Positions 27,926-37,133 of a DNA stretch of 64,000 bases are shown here, piece after piece. This DNA is from Terracidiphilus sp. (GTDB taxonomy: Bacteria; Acidobacteriota; Terriglobia; Terriglobales; Acidobacteriaceae). Within the stretch, counting starts at the first letter, position 1, and the number at the start of each line of letters is the position of its first letter. The position numbers and the translations under genes are program-made. The notes under the pieces are model-generated. The model had not been told where the DNA came from. It ran no database searches and worked only from the letters and a program-made list of their open reading frames with translations. The DNA lies in contig NZ_JBEKYX010000005.1 in assembly GCF_049510455.1 (NCBI RefSeq), positions 12,045-76,044 of the forward strand, read 5' to 3'.

Positions 27926-30721
27926 ATGCGTCAATTGCTCTCAATTCCTGCATTGCTCTGCGCAAGCCTGCTCATCGCTCCTGTCGCGGCATTAGCTGCG
28001 TCTGAAGCCGCTCCCGAAATCAAATATGAGCGCTACACGCTCAGTAACGGGCTTGAGGTCATTCTGCATGAAGACCACAAGCTGCCCATCGTGGCCGTTG
28101 ATCTCTGGTACCACGTCGGCCCGGTCAAGGAGCGCGCCGGGCGAACCGGATTCGCTCATCTCTTTGAGCACATGATGTTCGAAGGCTCAAAGCACGTCGG
28201 CGAGAAGGCGCACTTCAAGTATCTTGAAGCAGCCGGAGCAACGGACATCAACGGCACCACCTCGTTTGACCGCACCAATTACTTCGAGACGCTCCCGGCA
28301 AATGAGCTGGAACTTGGGCTCTGGCTGGAGAGCGACCGCATGGGATTCCTGCTCGATACGCTGGATCGCGCCAAGCTGACCAATCAGCGCGACGTGGTGC
28401 GCAACGAGCGGCGGCAGAGCGTCGAGGGTCGTCCTTATGGAATTGTCGATGAGACGGTCTTTCATCTGCTCTATCCCTCCACGCACCCCTATTACGCGGA
28501 TGTGATGGGCTCTCACGCAGACGTGGAAGCGGCGCGCCTTGCCGATATTCGCGAGTTCTTTGCGCAGTACTACACGCCGAACAATGCCACCATCGCCATC
28601 GCCGGAGACTACGATCCGGCCACCATCAAGCCGCTGCTTGAGAAGTATTTTGGGCCCATTCCGGCAGGGCCGCAGGTGGACCTGACTCCCGTGACAACGC
28701 CCCCCATCACATCCGAGCGCCGCAAAACCGTCGCGGACGCCGTGCAGTTGCCCAAGGTAACGCTGGCATGGCTTGCGCCGCCTGCGTATAAACCCGGCGA
28801 TGCGGACGCAAGCATCGCATCGCTGATCCTGGGCTCAGGCAAGGCAAGCAGGCTCTATCGCGAACTGGTGTTGAAGCAGCAAATCGCGCAATCCATCAAT
28901 TGCTATAACGATTCCGAGGCGCTGGCTTCAAATTTTGTCTGCGAGATGATCGCAAAACAGAACGTAACGCCGGAAAAGCTTGAGGCGGAAGCCGAAAAGG
29001 TCATCGATGACTTTATGAAGAACGGCCCGACGGCTGCGGAGGTCGAGGCTGCGCGCAACGTGACGGAGACGCAGATGATCTCCGGCCTGCAGCGCCTGGG
29101 AGGCTTCGGCGGCATTGCCGACATGCTCAACCAGTACAACCAGTACACGGGCGACCCCGGCTACCTGCCCAAAGATCTGGCGCGGTATGACGCGGTAACG
29201 CCTGCAAGCGTGCGCGATCTCGCCGGCAAAACGCTCGGCAAAGATCAGCGCGTCGTGGTCTACGGCGTTCCCGGCAAAAAAGTGCTGAACGATGTGCCTC
29301 GCAGCCCTGACGATACCGACGCAAACGTGAAGATCACCCCGTCGCACACCGCGGAGTTCGAGCAGGCCCAGGCATGGCGCGCAACCGCTCCCAAGCCCGG
29401 TCCGGAGCGCGCACTCGTTCTGCCCAAACCGAACGTGTTCAAGCTCGACAATGGCATGACCGTCTACCTCGTGGAGCGGCATGAGCTTCCCATCGTCAGC
29501 ACCCGCTTTGTCACGCTCGCCGGAGCAGCAGGGAATCCAGCGGACCATCCGGGACTCGCCGGCATGACCGCAGCCATGCTGACGGAGGGAACGGCGAAAC
29601 GCTCGGCGGATGAAATTGCCATTCGCGCCGCAATGCTCGGTACGGATCTCTCTTCCGCAAGCGATTCCGATACGGCCCTGATGTATATCTCAGTGCTCAA
29701 GCGCAATCTCCCCGGAGGTCTGGAACTCATCTCCGAATCAGCCGAGCGCCCGGCATTCCTGGCAAAGGATCTGGATCGGACTCGCGCGGCGAGATTGACT
29801 TCCTTGCTCCAGCAGGAGGACAGCCCGGTGCAAATGGCGTTCCGCGCCGGCGCGCTGAATCTGTATGGAACATCGAATCCGTATGCGTACGACTCGCTCG
29901 GCACATCGGATTCGCTCAAAGCCATGACGCGCGACCAGGTTGCTGGCTTCTACGCGAGCCATTATGGTCCCAAAAGCAGCCTGCTTGAAATCACGGGAGA
30001 CGTAACACCGGCAGAAGCGCGCGCACTGGCGGAAGAGGCCTTCGGAAAATGGACCTCCGCGGCCATGCAGCCAAAGCTCCCGCCTCCTCCGGCACTGCCG
30101 CAACGCAAAATTTTCATCGTAGACAAGCCGGGTTCGCCGCAGACCGCATTGCTGGCCTTCGGCGTCGGCCTCGAAAAGAATTCTCCCGATTATGCCGCCG
30201 CAACAGTGATGAATACCATGCTCGGCGGCCTCTTTTCCTCGCGTATCAACATGAATCTGCGTGAGGCGCACGGTTATACCTATGGCGCCTTCTCGTTTTA
30301 CTCGTTCTATCGCGGAGTTGGCCCGTTCATCACCGGTGCGGAGGTTCGTACCGACGTAACGGCGCCTGCAACAAACGAATTATTCAAGGAACTTGAGGGC
30401 ATCCACACCACGCCGCTGACCGATACAGAACTCCGCATGGCCAAGGACTCGATCATTCGCTCCATGCCGGGCAGCTTTGAAAGCGCAGACGGCGTCAACG
30501 GCCAGATCCAGGACCTGTGGACCTTCGGCCTGCCTCTCGATTACTACGAGAAGCTGCCGGCCCGGCTTGAAGCAGTCACTTCAGCCGACGCCCAGCAGGT
30601 CGCAGCTAAGTACGTGAAACCTGCAAACATGCTGGTAATCGCCGTGGGAGACAAATCAAAGATCGAAAGTGGATTGAAGGACCTGAAGCTGGCTCCAGTA
30701 GAAACCTGGACCGAGAAGTAA
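27926..30721 (+). CDS. Two-module M16 (pitrilysin/insulinase) zinc peptidase, secreted
   Basis: Signal peptide, HxxEH motif in FAHLFEHMMFEGS, and a second inactive-type M16 half. SD AAGGAG. Confidence 0.85.
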   Translation: MRQLLSIPALLCASLLIAPVAALAASEAAPEIKYERYTLSNGLEVILHEDHKLPIVAVDLWYHVGPVKERAGRTGFAHLFEHMMFEGSKHVGEKAHFKYLEAAGATDINGTTSFDRTNYFETLPANELELGLWLESDRMGFLLDTLDRAKLTNQRDVVRNERRQSVEGRPYGIVDETVFHLLYPSTHPYYADVMGSHADVEAARLADIREFFAQYYTPNNATIAIAGDYDPATIKPLLEKYFGPIPAGPQVDLTPVTTPPITSERRKTVADAVQLPKVTLAWLAPPAYKPGDADASIASLILGSGKASRLYRELVLKQQIAQSINCYNDSEALASNFVCEMIAKQNVTPEKLEAEAEKVIDDFMKNGPTAAEVEAARNVTETQMISGLQRLGGFGGIADMLNQYNQYTGDPGYLPKDLARYDAVTPASVRDLAGKTLGKDQRVVVYGVPGKKVLNDVPRSPDDTDANVKITPSHTAEFEQAQAWRATAPKPGPERALVLPKPNVFKLDNGMTVYLVERHELPIVSTRFVTLAGAAGNPADHPGLAGMTAAMLTEGTAKRSADEIAIRAAMLGTDLSSASDSDTALMYISVLKRNLPGGLELISESAERPAFLAKDLDRTRAARLTSLLQQEDSPVQMAFRAGALNLYGTSNPYAYDSLGTSDSLKAMTRDQVAGFYASHYGPKSSLLEITGDVTPAEARALAEEAFGKWTSAAMQPKLPPPPALPQRKIFIVDKPGSPQTALLAFGVGLEKNSPDYAAATVMNTMLGGLFSSRINMNLREAHGYTYGAFSFYSFYRGVGPFITGAEVRTDVTAPATNELFKELEGIHTTPLTDTELRMAKDSIIRSMPGSFESADGVNGQIQDLWTFGLPLDYYEKLPARLEAVTSADAQQVAAKYVKPANMLVIAVGDKSKIESGLKDLKLAPVETWTEK

Positions 30722-30779
30722 GCGGCAGCTACGAAAGGGAACTAAGCTAAAGCTGAAGCATCCTTTGGATGCTTCAGCA

Positions 30780-30912
30780 CAGCCTGATGAAAACCCCATC
30801 TTCGCTTTTCCGGAGGGAGCGTGAGGCTTCAGCCTCACGAATAAGGCCAATGTATTCAAGAGGGCTTCAGCCCCGGGCCCTTCGTTAAAACCGCCAGGCT
30901 GACTTTGTCAGC
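30780..30912. repeat. Dispersed ~135-bp three-hairpin element, copy B
   Basis: Aligns end to end with 14454-14588. Hairpins are CGTGAGGC-TTCA-GCCTCACG, GGGC-TTCA-GCCC and GCTGAC-TTT-GTCAGC. The last 5 bp overlap the anti-sigma stop codon. Confidence 0.9.
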
Positions 30913-31144
30913 AGCCCTTTTTACACCGCGCCATAATCGCCGCATGCAGCCGCTCACGCAAGCCGGAAGGCATGTCATACAGCTCATGCGACCGATAAAT
31001 CTGAATGGTCTTGCGCGTCGTCGAGAGGGTCACCTCGCAGTGATCGCACCCATGCAGATGCTCCTGTAGCTCGGCGCGCAGTTGTGGAGTAACTGCGTCA
31101 TCGATCAAATCATCGAGCATTGCCAAAAACTCAGTGCACGTCAC
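30908..31144 (-). CDS. Soluble zf-HC2 (ZAS-type) anti-sigma factor
   Basis: 78 aa with no TM segment. H29-x3-C33-x2-C36 (EHLHGCDHC) plus C3. A GTG start overlaps the sigma gene stop (GTGA). Confidence 0.7.
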   Translation of the reverse strand: MTCTEFLAMLDDLIDDAVTPQLRAELQEHLHGCDHCEVTLSTTRKTIQIYRSHELYDMPSGLRERLHAAIMARCKKGC

Positions 31145-31785
31145 TTGCTGCCTCCACTACTAGTTGATGCTTTGCGCCGCTTAAAGTAGCGGCTCAATCT
31201 CTCGCGAAGCTGCAGCCGTGCCCGCAAAAGGCGCGATTTCACCGCCGGAACGCTCAAACCAAGCGTTTCGGCCGTCTCTTCCGTTGAAAGCCCATCCACG
31301 TCGCGCAGGGTAAACACCACGCGAAACCCCGGCGGAAGCCCCTGAATTGTCTTGCGCAGTATCTCGCCGAGCTCCGTCTGCGAATAGTTCTGCTCCGGAT
31401 CGGGGTCCCAGTCGGCCAGGTCGCGCGGAACGGAGCCCTCTTCGGTCTCGACGTCCTCGTCCAGCGACACCATCCTGCCTGTCCGCCGCTTCCGCAGCCG
31501 CATCAGGCTCTCGTTGACTGCAATTCGAACCAGCCATGTGTAGAACTTCGAGTTTCCCTGGAACTGCTCAAGCTTTTCGTACGCCTTGAGAAACGCGTCC
31601 TGCATTACGTCTTCGGCGTCTTCGCGATTCTGCGTAATATGCTGCGCAATGCGAAAAAGCTGCCGCTCGTACTTGCGGACGAGTTCGTCATAAGCCGAGA
31701 CATCGCCCCCGCGTACCCTCTCAACAAGGGCAACGTCTGGGTGCGGCGGCTCGAGCTCTCCTGCAATGGGTTGGATGGTCGCCAT
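31141..31785 (-). CDS. ECF-type RNA polymerase sigma-70 family factor
   Basis: Region 2 (DAEDVMQDAFLKAY, YTWLVRIAVNE) and region 4 (EETAETLGLSVPAVKSRLLRAR). Confidence 0.85.
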   Translation of the reverse strand: MATIQPIAGELEPPHPDVALVERVRGGDVSAYDELVRKYERQLFRIAQHITQNREDAEDVMQDAFLKAYEKLEQFQGNSKFYTWLVRIAVNESLMRLRKRRTGRMVSLDEDVETEEGSVPRDLADWDPDPEQNYSQTELGEILRKTIQGLPPGFRVVFTLRDVDGLSTEETAETLGLSVPAVKSRLLRARLQLRERLSRYFKRRKASTSSGGSK

Positions 31786-32000
31786 GCGATTCGGTTGCGG
31801 AAATCCTTATCAGCGGAATCAGAGGTGGCCGCAAACACCAGTGTAATGGACCAGACCCCCCGGGCAAAACTGCTCCAAAGATCGGTTATGGCTCGGTTTG
31901 AATTGTTTTGTATCAGGGCACGACTTCAGCATGTGCCCAATCCATGCGCGTTTTTTGCGCATGGGTGGGACAGCACTCCCGCCAACTCACCGTGAACAGG

Positions 32001-32190
32001 CTTTGTAACAGGGCACGACTTTAGTCGTGCCGAGCGAGCTTTGTAACAGGGCGCGACTTTAGTCGTGCCGAGCGAGCTTTGTAACAGGGCACGACTTTAG
32101 TCGTGCCGAGCGAGCTTTGTAACAGGGCACGACTTTAGTCGTGCCGAGCGAGCTTTGTAACAGGGCACGACTTTAGTCGTGCCGAGCGAG
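32001..32190. repeat. Perfect head-to-tail tandem array, 5 x 38 bp, each unit containing an 8-bp-stem hairpin
   Basis: The unit is CTTTGTAACAGGGCACGACTTTAGTCGTGCCGAGCGAG, with copies starting at 32001, 32039, 32077, 32115 and 32153. There is a single A>G change in copy 2. The hairpin is GGCACGAC-TTTA-GTCGTGCC. Confidence 0.95.
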
Positions 32191-32315
32191 CTATTTTTAG
32201 TTCTAGGGCTTTAGCCCCGGAGGCTTTTCAAACTGGCCTGTAACGCCGAAAAGACCCTCATTGTCACAAAACACTCACGACCTATCCTGCTCCAATGCCA
32301 TAAATTAGTAGCATC

Positions 32316-33620
32316 GTGATCGTTAACATCTCCCGCCGTGCGCACGACCATAACTGGGAGCTCGACCCAATCACCCGGTCGCTCCTCGATACCGACTTCT
32401 ACAAGATCCTCATGCTCCAGTTCATCTGGAAGCATTTCCCCCGCACGCGCGCCTGCTTTGCACTCCAGAACCGCACCACCACAGTCCGCCTCGGCGACAT
32501 CATCGTCCTCGACGAACTCCGCGAGCAACTCGAACACACCCGCAGGCTCCGCTTCCATAAGTCGGAGCTGATCTGGCTCGCCGGCAACACCTTCTACGGC
32601 AAGCGCGGCATCTTCGAGTCCGAATTCCTCGAATGGCTCGACCAGGACTTCCGCCTCTCCGACTACCAGCTTTCCGTGCAAGACGGCCAAATCTCCCTCC
32701 GCTTCGAAGGCCTCTGGACCGATACAACTCTCTGGGAAATCTACGCCCTCTCCATCATCGACGAACTCAAGACACGCGCCGCAATGAAGAACCTCAGCGA
32801 GTTCGACCTCGACATCCTCTACGCCCGCGCCAAAACGCGCCTCTGGGAAAAAATGGAGCGCCTCCGCGGCATGCCCTCGCTCCGCATCAGCGACTTCGGC
32901 ACCCGCCGCCGCCACAGCTATCTCTGGCATGAGTATGTAGTCATCGCCATGCGCGACGTCCTCGGCTCCAGCTTCACCGGCAGCTCCAACACCTACCTCG
33001 CCTACAAGCACGACCTCGAAGCCATCGGCACCAACGCGCATGAGCTGCCCATGGCCCTCGCCGCTCTCGCTGACACAGACGAAGAGCTACAGACGGCGCA
33101 ATATCGTCTCCTCGATCTCTGGCAGCGCACCTATCAGGGCGAGCTGATGATCCTCCTGCCAGACACCTTCGGAACCACGCAGTTCCTCCGCAACGCCCCA
33201 GACTGGGTCGCCGACTGGACCGGCCAGCGCATCGACAGCAAAGACCCCTTCGTCGCAGGCGATGAGTACATCGCATGGCTGGAGCAGCGCAACCGCGACC
33301 CGCGCCGCAAACGCCTCATCGCCTCGGACGCGCTCGATGTAGACAAAATCCTCGAACTCCACAACTACTTCTCCGGCAAAATCCGCTTCAGCGCCGGATG
33401 GGGCACGCTCCTCACCAACGACTTCCGCAACTGCGACCCGCAGGGCGGCGACGGCTTCGATCCCATCAGCCTCGTCTGCAAGCTGGTCGAAGTCGATGGT
33501 CGTCAGGCAGTCAAGCTCTCAGACAACTACCGCAAAGCAATGGGACCACCCGAAGAAGTCGAACGCTACCGCCGCATCTTCGGTCTTGAAGGCATCGCAG
33601 ACACCCCCGTCGAAGCATAA
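32316..33620 (+). CDS. pncB: Nicotinate phosphoribosyltransferase
   Basis: N-terminus DPITRSLLDTDFYKILMLQ, motifs FGTRRR and GTNAHE. GTG start. Confidence 0.9.
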   Translation: MIVNISRRAHDHNWELDPITRSLLDTDFYKILMLQFIWKHFPRTRACFALQNRTTTVRLGDIIVLDELREQLEHTRRLRFHKSELIWLAGNTFYGKRGIFESEFLEWLDQDFRLSDYQLSVQDGQISLRFEGLWTDTTLWEIYALSIIDELKTRAAMKNLSEFDLDILYARAKTRLWEKMERLRGMPSLRISDFGTRRRHSYLWHEYVVIAMRDVLGSSFTGSSNTYLAYKHDLEAIGTNAHELPMALAALADTDEELQTAQYRLLDLWQRTYQGELMILLPDTFGTTQFLRNAPDWVADWTGQRIDSKDPFVAGDEYIAWLEQRNRDPRRKRLIASDALDVDKILELHNYFSGKIRFSAGWGTLLTNDFRNCDPQGGDGFDPISLVCKLVEVDGRQAVKLSDNYRKAMGPPEEVERYRRIFGLEGIADTPVEA

Positions 33621-33662
33621 ACAGAGAACCGCACACAGAATCCAGTGAAGATAACCGGGTGC

Positions 33663-33691
33663 CCCCGGTCTCCCGCTTTTGGAGACCGGGG
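33663..33691. repeat. Perfect 11-bp-stem hairpin downstream of pncB (REP-like; no T-tract)
   Basis: CCCCGGTCTCC-CGCTTTT-GGAGACCGGGG. Confidence 0.8.
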
Positions 33692-33727
33692 ATGCCACAA
33701 ATGCCAGCCAGTCTTTCGGAGAACCTT

Positions 33728-34768
33728 ATGAAGCTATCTCTGCTCGCAACATCTTTGCTCGTCGCCGGTTCAGCCATCGCACAAAATCCCAACGCCCATC
33801 TCGATTTCCTCAACCACAACCAGCCAATGCTCGACGCGCACAACTGCTATCCATACGATGGCAAGTGGACTGACCGCGTCCGCCGCGCTCTCAACTCCGG
33901 CTACCCGGTATCCATCGAGCAGGATCTCGCCTGGTACGTTGACCCCGCCACCGGAGCAGGCCGCGTCGTAGTCTCGCACTCGGCCAAGCCAACCGGAGCA
34001 GAGCCCACTCTGAAAGAGTCCTTCTTCGATCAGGCGCGTCCAGTCATCGATCAGGCCATCAAAGAAAACCATAAAGACCGCTGGCCTGTGGTCGTTCTCC
34101 ATTTCGATTTCAAAGACAATCGTCCGGAGATTCTCGCCGCGGTCTGGAAGCTGCTCGGCGAGTATGAGCCGTGGCTTTCAACGGCAATCAAAACCCAGGA
34201 TGCAAGCCTCCTCTCGCCGCTGGAGCGCAAGCCCGTATTGGTCGTCACAGAAGAGTCGGACGATCAGCAGAAGGTATTTTTTGACAATGTGCCCGTAGGC
34301 GGAAAACTGCGCGTCTTCGGCTCCGCTCATACAAAGAATCCGCCCGCGGGCCTCGTCGGAAAAGAGATCCAGCACTGGGAAGCCACAGCTCCGGTCGAAG
34401 ACCTCTTCAATGAGCGTCCCACAAACTACCGCCGCTGGTGGAACAGTAGTTGGTACACAGTGGAAGAAGGCGGCCAGCACGGTTCAACTGTGTGGACGGA
34501 TACGGATGACAAGCGGCTGCGTGCGCTTGTAAATCACGCGCACAAGCTCGGCTACTGGATTCGCTTCTACACGCTGGACGGATTCGCGCCGGACGAAGAT
34601 CAGGGCTGGGGAAGCTACTATAACTTCGGCAGCAGGGCGGCCGTAGCCACGCGCTGGAAGGCCGCCATCGCAGCAGGGGTAAACTTTGTCGCCAGCGATC
34701 AGTATGAAGACCTCGCCAGATACATGAAGCAGAACTCGCAGAACCTCCGCCCCGAGGAAAAGAAATAA
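33728..34768 (+). CDS. Secreted hypothetical protein; possibly a PLC-like phosphodiesterase TIM-barrel
   Basis: Signal peptide MKLSLLATSLLVAGSAIAQ with GGAG 7 nt upstream. The LDAHNCYPY motif is reminiscent of PI-PLC X-box HN.Y (weak). Confidence 0.45.
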   Translation: MKLSLLATSLLVAGSAIAQNPNAHLDFLNHNQPMLDAHNCYPYDGKWTDRVRRALNSGYPVSIEQDLAWYVDPATGAGRVVVSHSAKPTGAEPTLKESFFDQARPVIDQAIKENHKDRWPVVVLHFDFKDNRPEILAAVWKLLGEYEPWLSTAIKTQDASLLSPLERKPVLVVTEESDDQQKVFFDNVPVGGKLRVFGSAHTKNPPAGLVGKEIQHWEATAPVEDLFNERPTNYRRWWNSSWYTVEEGGQHGSTVWTDTDDKRLRALVNHAHKLGYWIRFYTLDGFAPDEDQGWGSYYNFGSRAAVATRWKAAIAAGVNFVASDQYEDLARYMKQNSQNLRPEEKK

Positions 34769-34800
34769 GAAAGCATCCCACCAAGGCAAGTAAGCACAAA

Positions 34801-34890
34801 CCGGAGGGAGCAGTGGCCTTCAGGCCCATGAAAACAGATGAAAAATAGGAATAGACACTTCAGCCCCGGGCTCTTAAACAACGCGCCAGC
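34801..34890. repeat. Degenerate third copy of the dispersed hairpin element
   Basis: Shares CCGGAGGGAGC, a GGCC-TTCA-GGCC hairpin, CTTCAGCCCCGGGC and ...CGCCAG with copies A and B. Confidence 0.6.
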
Positions 34891-34951
34891 CATCATTCTT
34901 GCCGCATGGGATACTTGCAAAGAAATAACTACTGCTCGAAGGAACCAAACC

Positions 34952-35650
34952 ATGAGAACGAAAATCTTCTCCGTATCTCTCATCGCCGCATTCACGGTCG
35001 CAGCAGCCAACGCTCAATCCTTCCCGAGCCAATACAAAGGTACACCCTACGGCGATAGCCGCTACCATGACGGCCCGCAGAAAATCCCCGGCCGGGTCTT
35101 CTGCGCCTACTACGACTTCGGCGGCGAAGGCATCGCCTATCACGACATCGACGCGAAGAATCACGGCAGCGGAGAACTCAACACCGCGGACGGAACCTAC
35201 CTCCACGAATTCCGCATGAATGAAGGCGTAGACACCTCCTTCGTCAAATTCGACCGCAAGCCTGATCCGGTAGACGACAACCCCTATGACAAGGTTCTTC
35301 CACCACGCGACATGCTCTACGTCGGCTGGACCGAACCCGGCGAATGGTTCAACATCACAGTGGATGTGGCAAAGGCCGGAACCTACACCGCGGATTTCCT
35401 CTACACATCCAACCGCGGCGCCACCATCTCAATCGACGTCAACGGAAAGCCCGCCACATCGCCCCTCGGCATCCCGTCCACCTACGATTCCGCCGACCCG
35501 GTAACCTGGCGTCAGTGGCACCATTGGAACCTCGCCCCAAATCTTTTTAAAGTCCATCTCGACAAGGGCAAAAACGTCCTCACCGTCCACATCCTCTCCA
35601 ACGGCCAGATGAACCTCGGCTATTTCGACTTCAAGCCGGCACCGAAATGA
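34952..35650 (+). CDS. Secreted CBM6/CBM35-like carbohydrate-binding protein
   Basis: Signal peptide. IPGRVFCAYYDFGGEGIAYHDID resembles the CBM6 N-terminal motif (IPG.I.AE.YD.GG.G.AY.D). KAGTYTADFLYTSNRGATISIDVNG is also present. Confidence 0.6.
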   Translation: MRTKIFSVSLIAAFTVAAANAQSFPSQYKGTPYGDSRYHDGPQKIPGRVFCAYYDFGGEGIAYHDIDAKNHGSGELNTADGTYLHEFRMNEGVDTSFVKFDRKPDPVDDNPYDKVLPPRDMLYVGWTEPGEWFNITVDVAKAGTYTADFLYTSNRGATISIDVNGKPATSPLGIPSTYDSADPVTWRQWHHWNLAPNLFKVHLDKGKNVLTVHILSNGQMNLGYFDFKPAPK

Positions 35651-35885
35651 CGCATGGCGCTGCCTGGCGTCGAATGAGACCCAGTTAGCAAGTGCTCATT
35701 CATTGAGCTGCTCGGGTCCCGTATGGATGTTTAGTAAAGCAAGGCGCGTTTCTCCTTGCCAATTTCACAAGCCGCCTGAGCGCGATACTCTAGAAGTGCA
35801 TGAAGTTTGCAAGCGAGTACATTCGCGTAACCTAAAAAGATCGTCCGATATCCAAGCGCATTATCAACATAAGAGGAGAGCACTT

Positions 35886-37106
35886 ATGAAGCACCTGTTG
35901 ATCGCGGGACTGTTTCTTGCGGTGACCATGAGAGGCGCATCGGCGCAGGTCAACGCCGGTGAGCAGAAATCCGATCCAAACCTGCCCTTTACCGTGACCC
36001 AGGTTACCACGTTGAATTTACCCTGGAAGATTGCCTTCCTGCCTGACGGAAGAATGCTCATCACCGAAAAGGTCGGCGGAATGCAACTGGTTACCCAGCA
36101 GGGCGCAAAGACGCCGGTTGCCAACACTCCAGCCGTTTTGTGGAGAGGCCAGGGTGGAATGCTGGGCGTCTTTCTATCGCCGAATTATTCTAAGGACCAC
36201 AATATCTACCTCACCTATTCGGAACCCGGTGATGGCGGTTCAAGTCTTGCCCTTGCGCGGGCGCAGCTCAAGATCACGCAGGACACGGCCAGCCTCGAAA
36301 AATTTAAGGTGATCTGGCGCGATGGCGAAAGAGGGGAAGGTGGCCAATTTGGCGCGGAGGTCGCTTTTTCTCCTGATAACAAATACCTCTTTCTCTCCTC
36401 TGGCGACAGGCAGCGCATGACACCGGCCCAGGATCCCAACCAGCCGCTCGGCAAAATACTGCGCCTCACGCTCGATGGCAAGCCGGCCCCTGGCAATCCC
36501 ATGGCCGGCAAGAAGGGTTCGGCCACCGTGCCGGTCATCGACCCGCCCGCGGACACCGAAGCTGCAAAGTCCGCCCCGGTCGTAAGGACATATACCTTTC
36601 CCGGTCCAAACCTGACGCCGTCTGAGACCTGGGCCACCGGACTCCGCACGCCCTATGGCCTGGCCTTTGCGCCGGATGGACGGCTGTGGGAGCTGGAACA
36701 CGGCCCTCGCGGCGGCGATGAGCTCAACCTGATCGAGCCCGGCAAAAATTATGGCTGGCCGCTGGTCTCTTATGGAGTCAACTACAACGGCGTGTCCATT
36801 CCCACACCTGACAAACGCGCTGACCTCACCGAGCCTGTGATCTATTGGGTTCCGGTCATCGCGCCGGGCAACCTCATGTTTTACAAAGGCGCCATGTTCC
36901 CCCAGTGGAATGGCTCGGCATTCGCCAGCGGGTTGATCTCGAAGGCGCTCATCCGTATCACCTTCGACGGCAAGGGTGGAGCGCAGACTGCTGAGCGTTG
37001 GGATGTAGGATTCCGAGTCCGCGACGTGGAGGTCGCTCCGGACGGAGCACTGTGGATGATCGAAGACGCAAAACCGGGTCGCCTTGTCCGCGTGACGGCG
37101 AAATAG
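35886..37106 (+). CDS. PQQ-dependent sugar (glucose/sorbosone-type) dehydrogenase, soluble beta-propeller
   Basis: Signal peptide, motifs LPDGRMLITEK.G, GGMLGV, GLRTPYGLAF.PDGRLWE.EHGPRGGDELN and G.NYGWP. SD GAGGAG. Confidence 0.8.
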   Translation: MKHLLIAGLFLAVTMRGASAQVNAGEQKSDPNLPFTVTQVTTLNLPWKIAFLPDGRMLITEKVGGMQLVTQQGAKTPVANTPAVLWRGQGGMLGVFLSPNYSKDHNIYLTYSEPGDGGSSLALARAQLKITQDTASLEKFKVIWRDGERGEGGQFGAEVAFSPDNKYLFLSSGDRQRMTPAQDPNQPLGKILRLTLDGKPAPGNPMAGKKGSATVPVIDPPADTEAAKSAPVVRTYTFPGPNLTPSETWATGLRTPYGLAFAPDGRLWELEHGPRGGDELNLIEPGKNYGWPLVSYGVNYNGVSIPTPDKRADLTEPVIYWVPVIAPGNLMFYKGAMFPQWNGSAFASGLISKALIRITFDGKGGAQTAERWDVGFRVRDVEVAPDGALWMIEDAKPGRLVRVTAK

Positions 37107-37133
37107 GGCGCCGAACCGGGAGAACCAGGCGAT

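Noticed and set aside
32001-32190. Possible CRISPR array
   Set aside because: The 38-bp units are directly abutting with no unique spacers, and no cas genes are nearby. This is a tandem minisatellite, not a CRISPR array.
32211-33041. 276-aa minus-strand ORF
   Set aside because: It is antisense to pncB, with an extreme Glu/Ala/Gly/Val composition.
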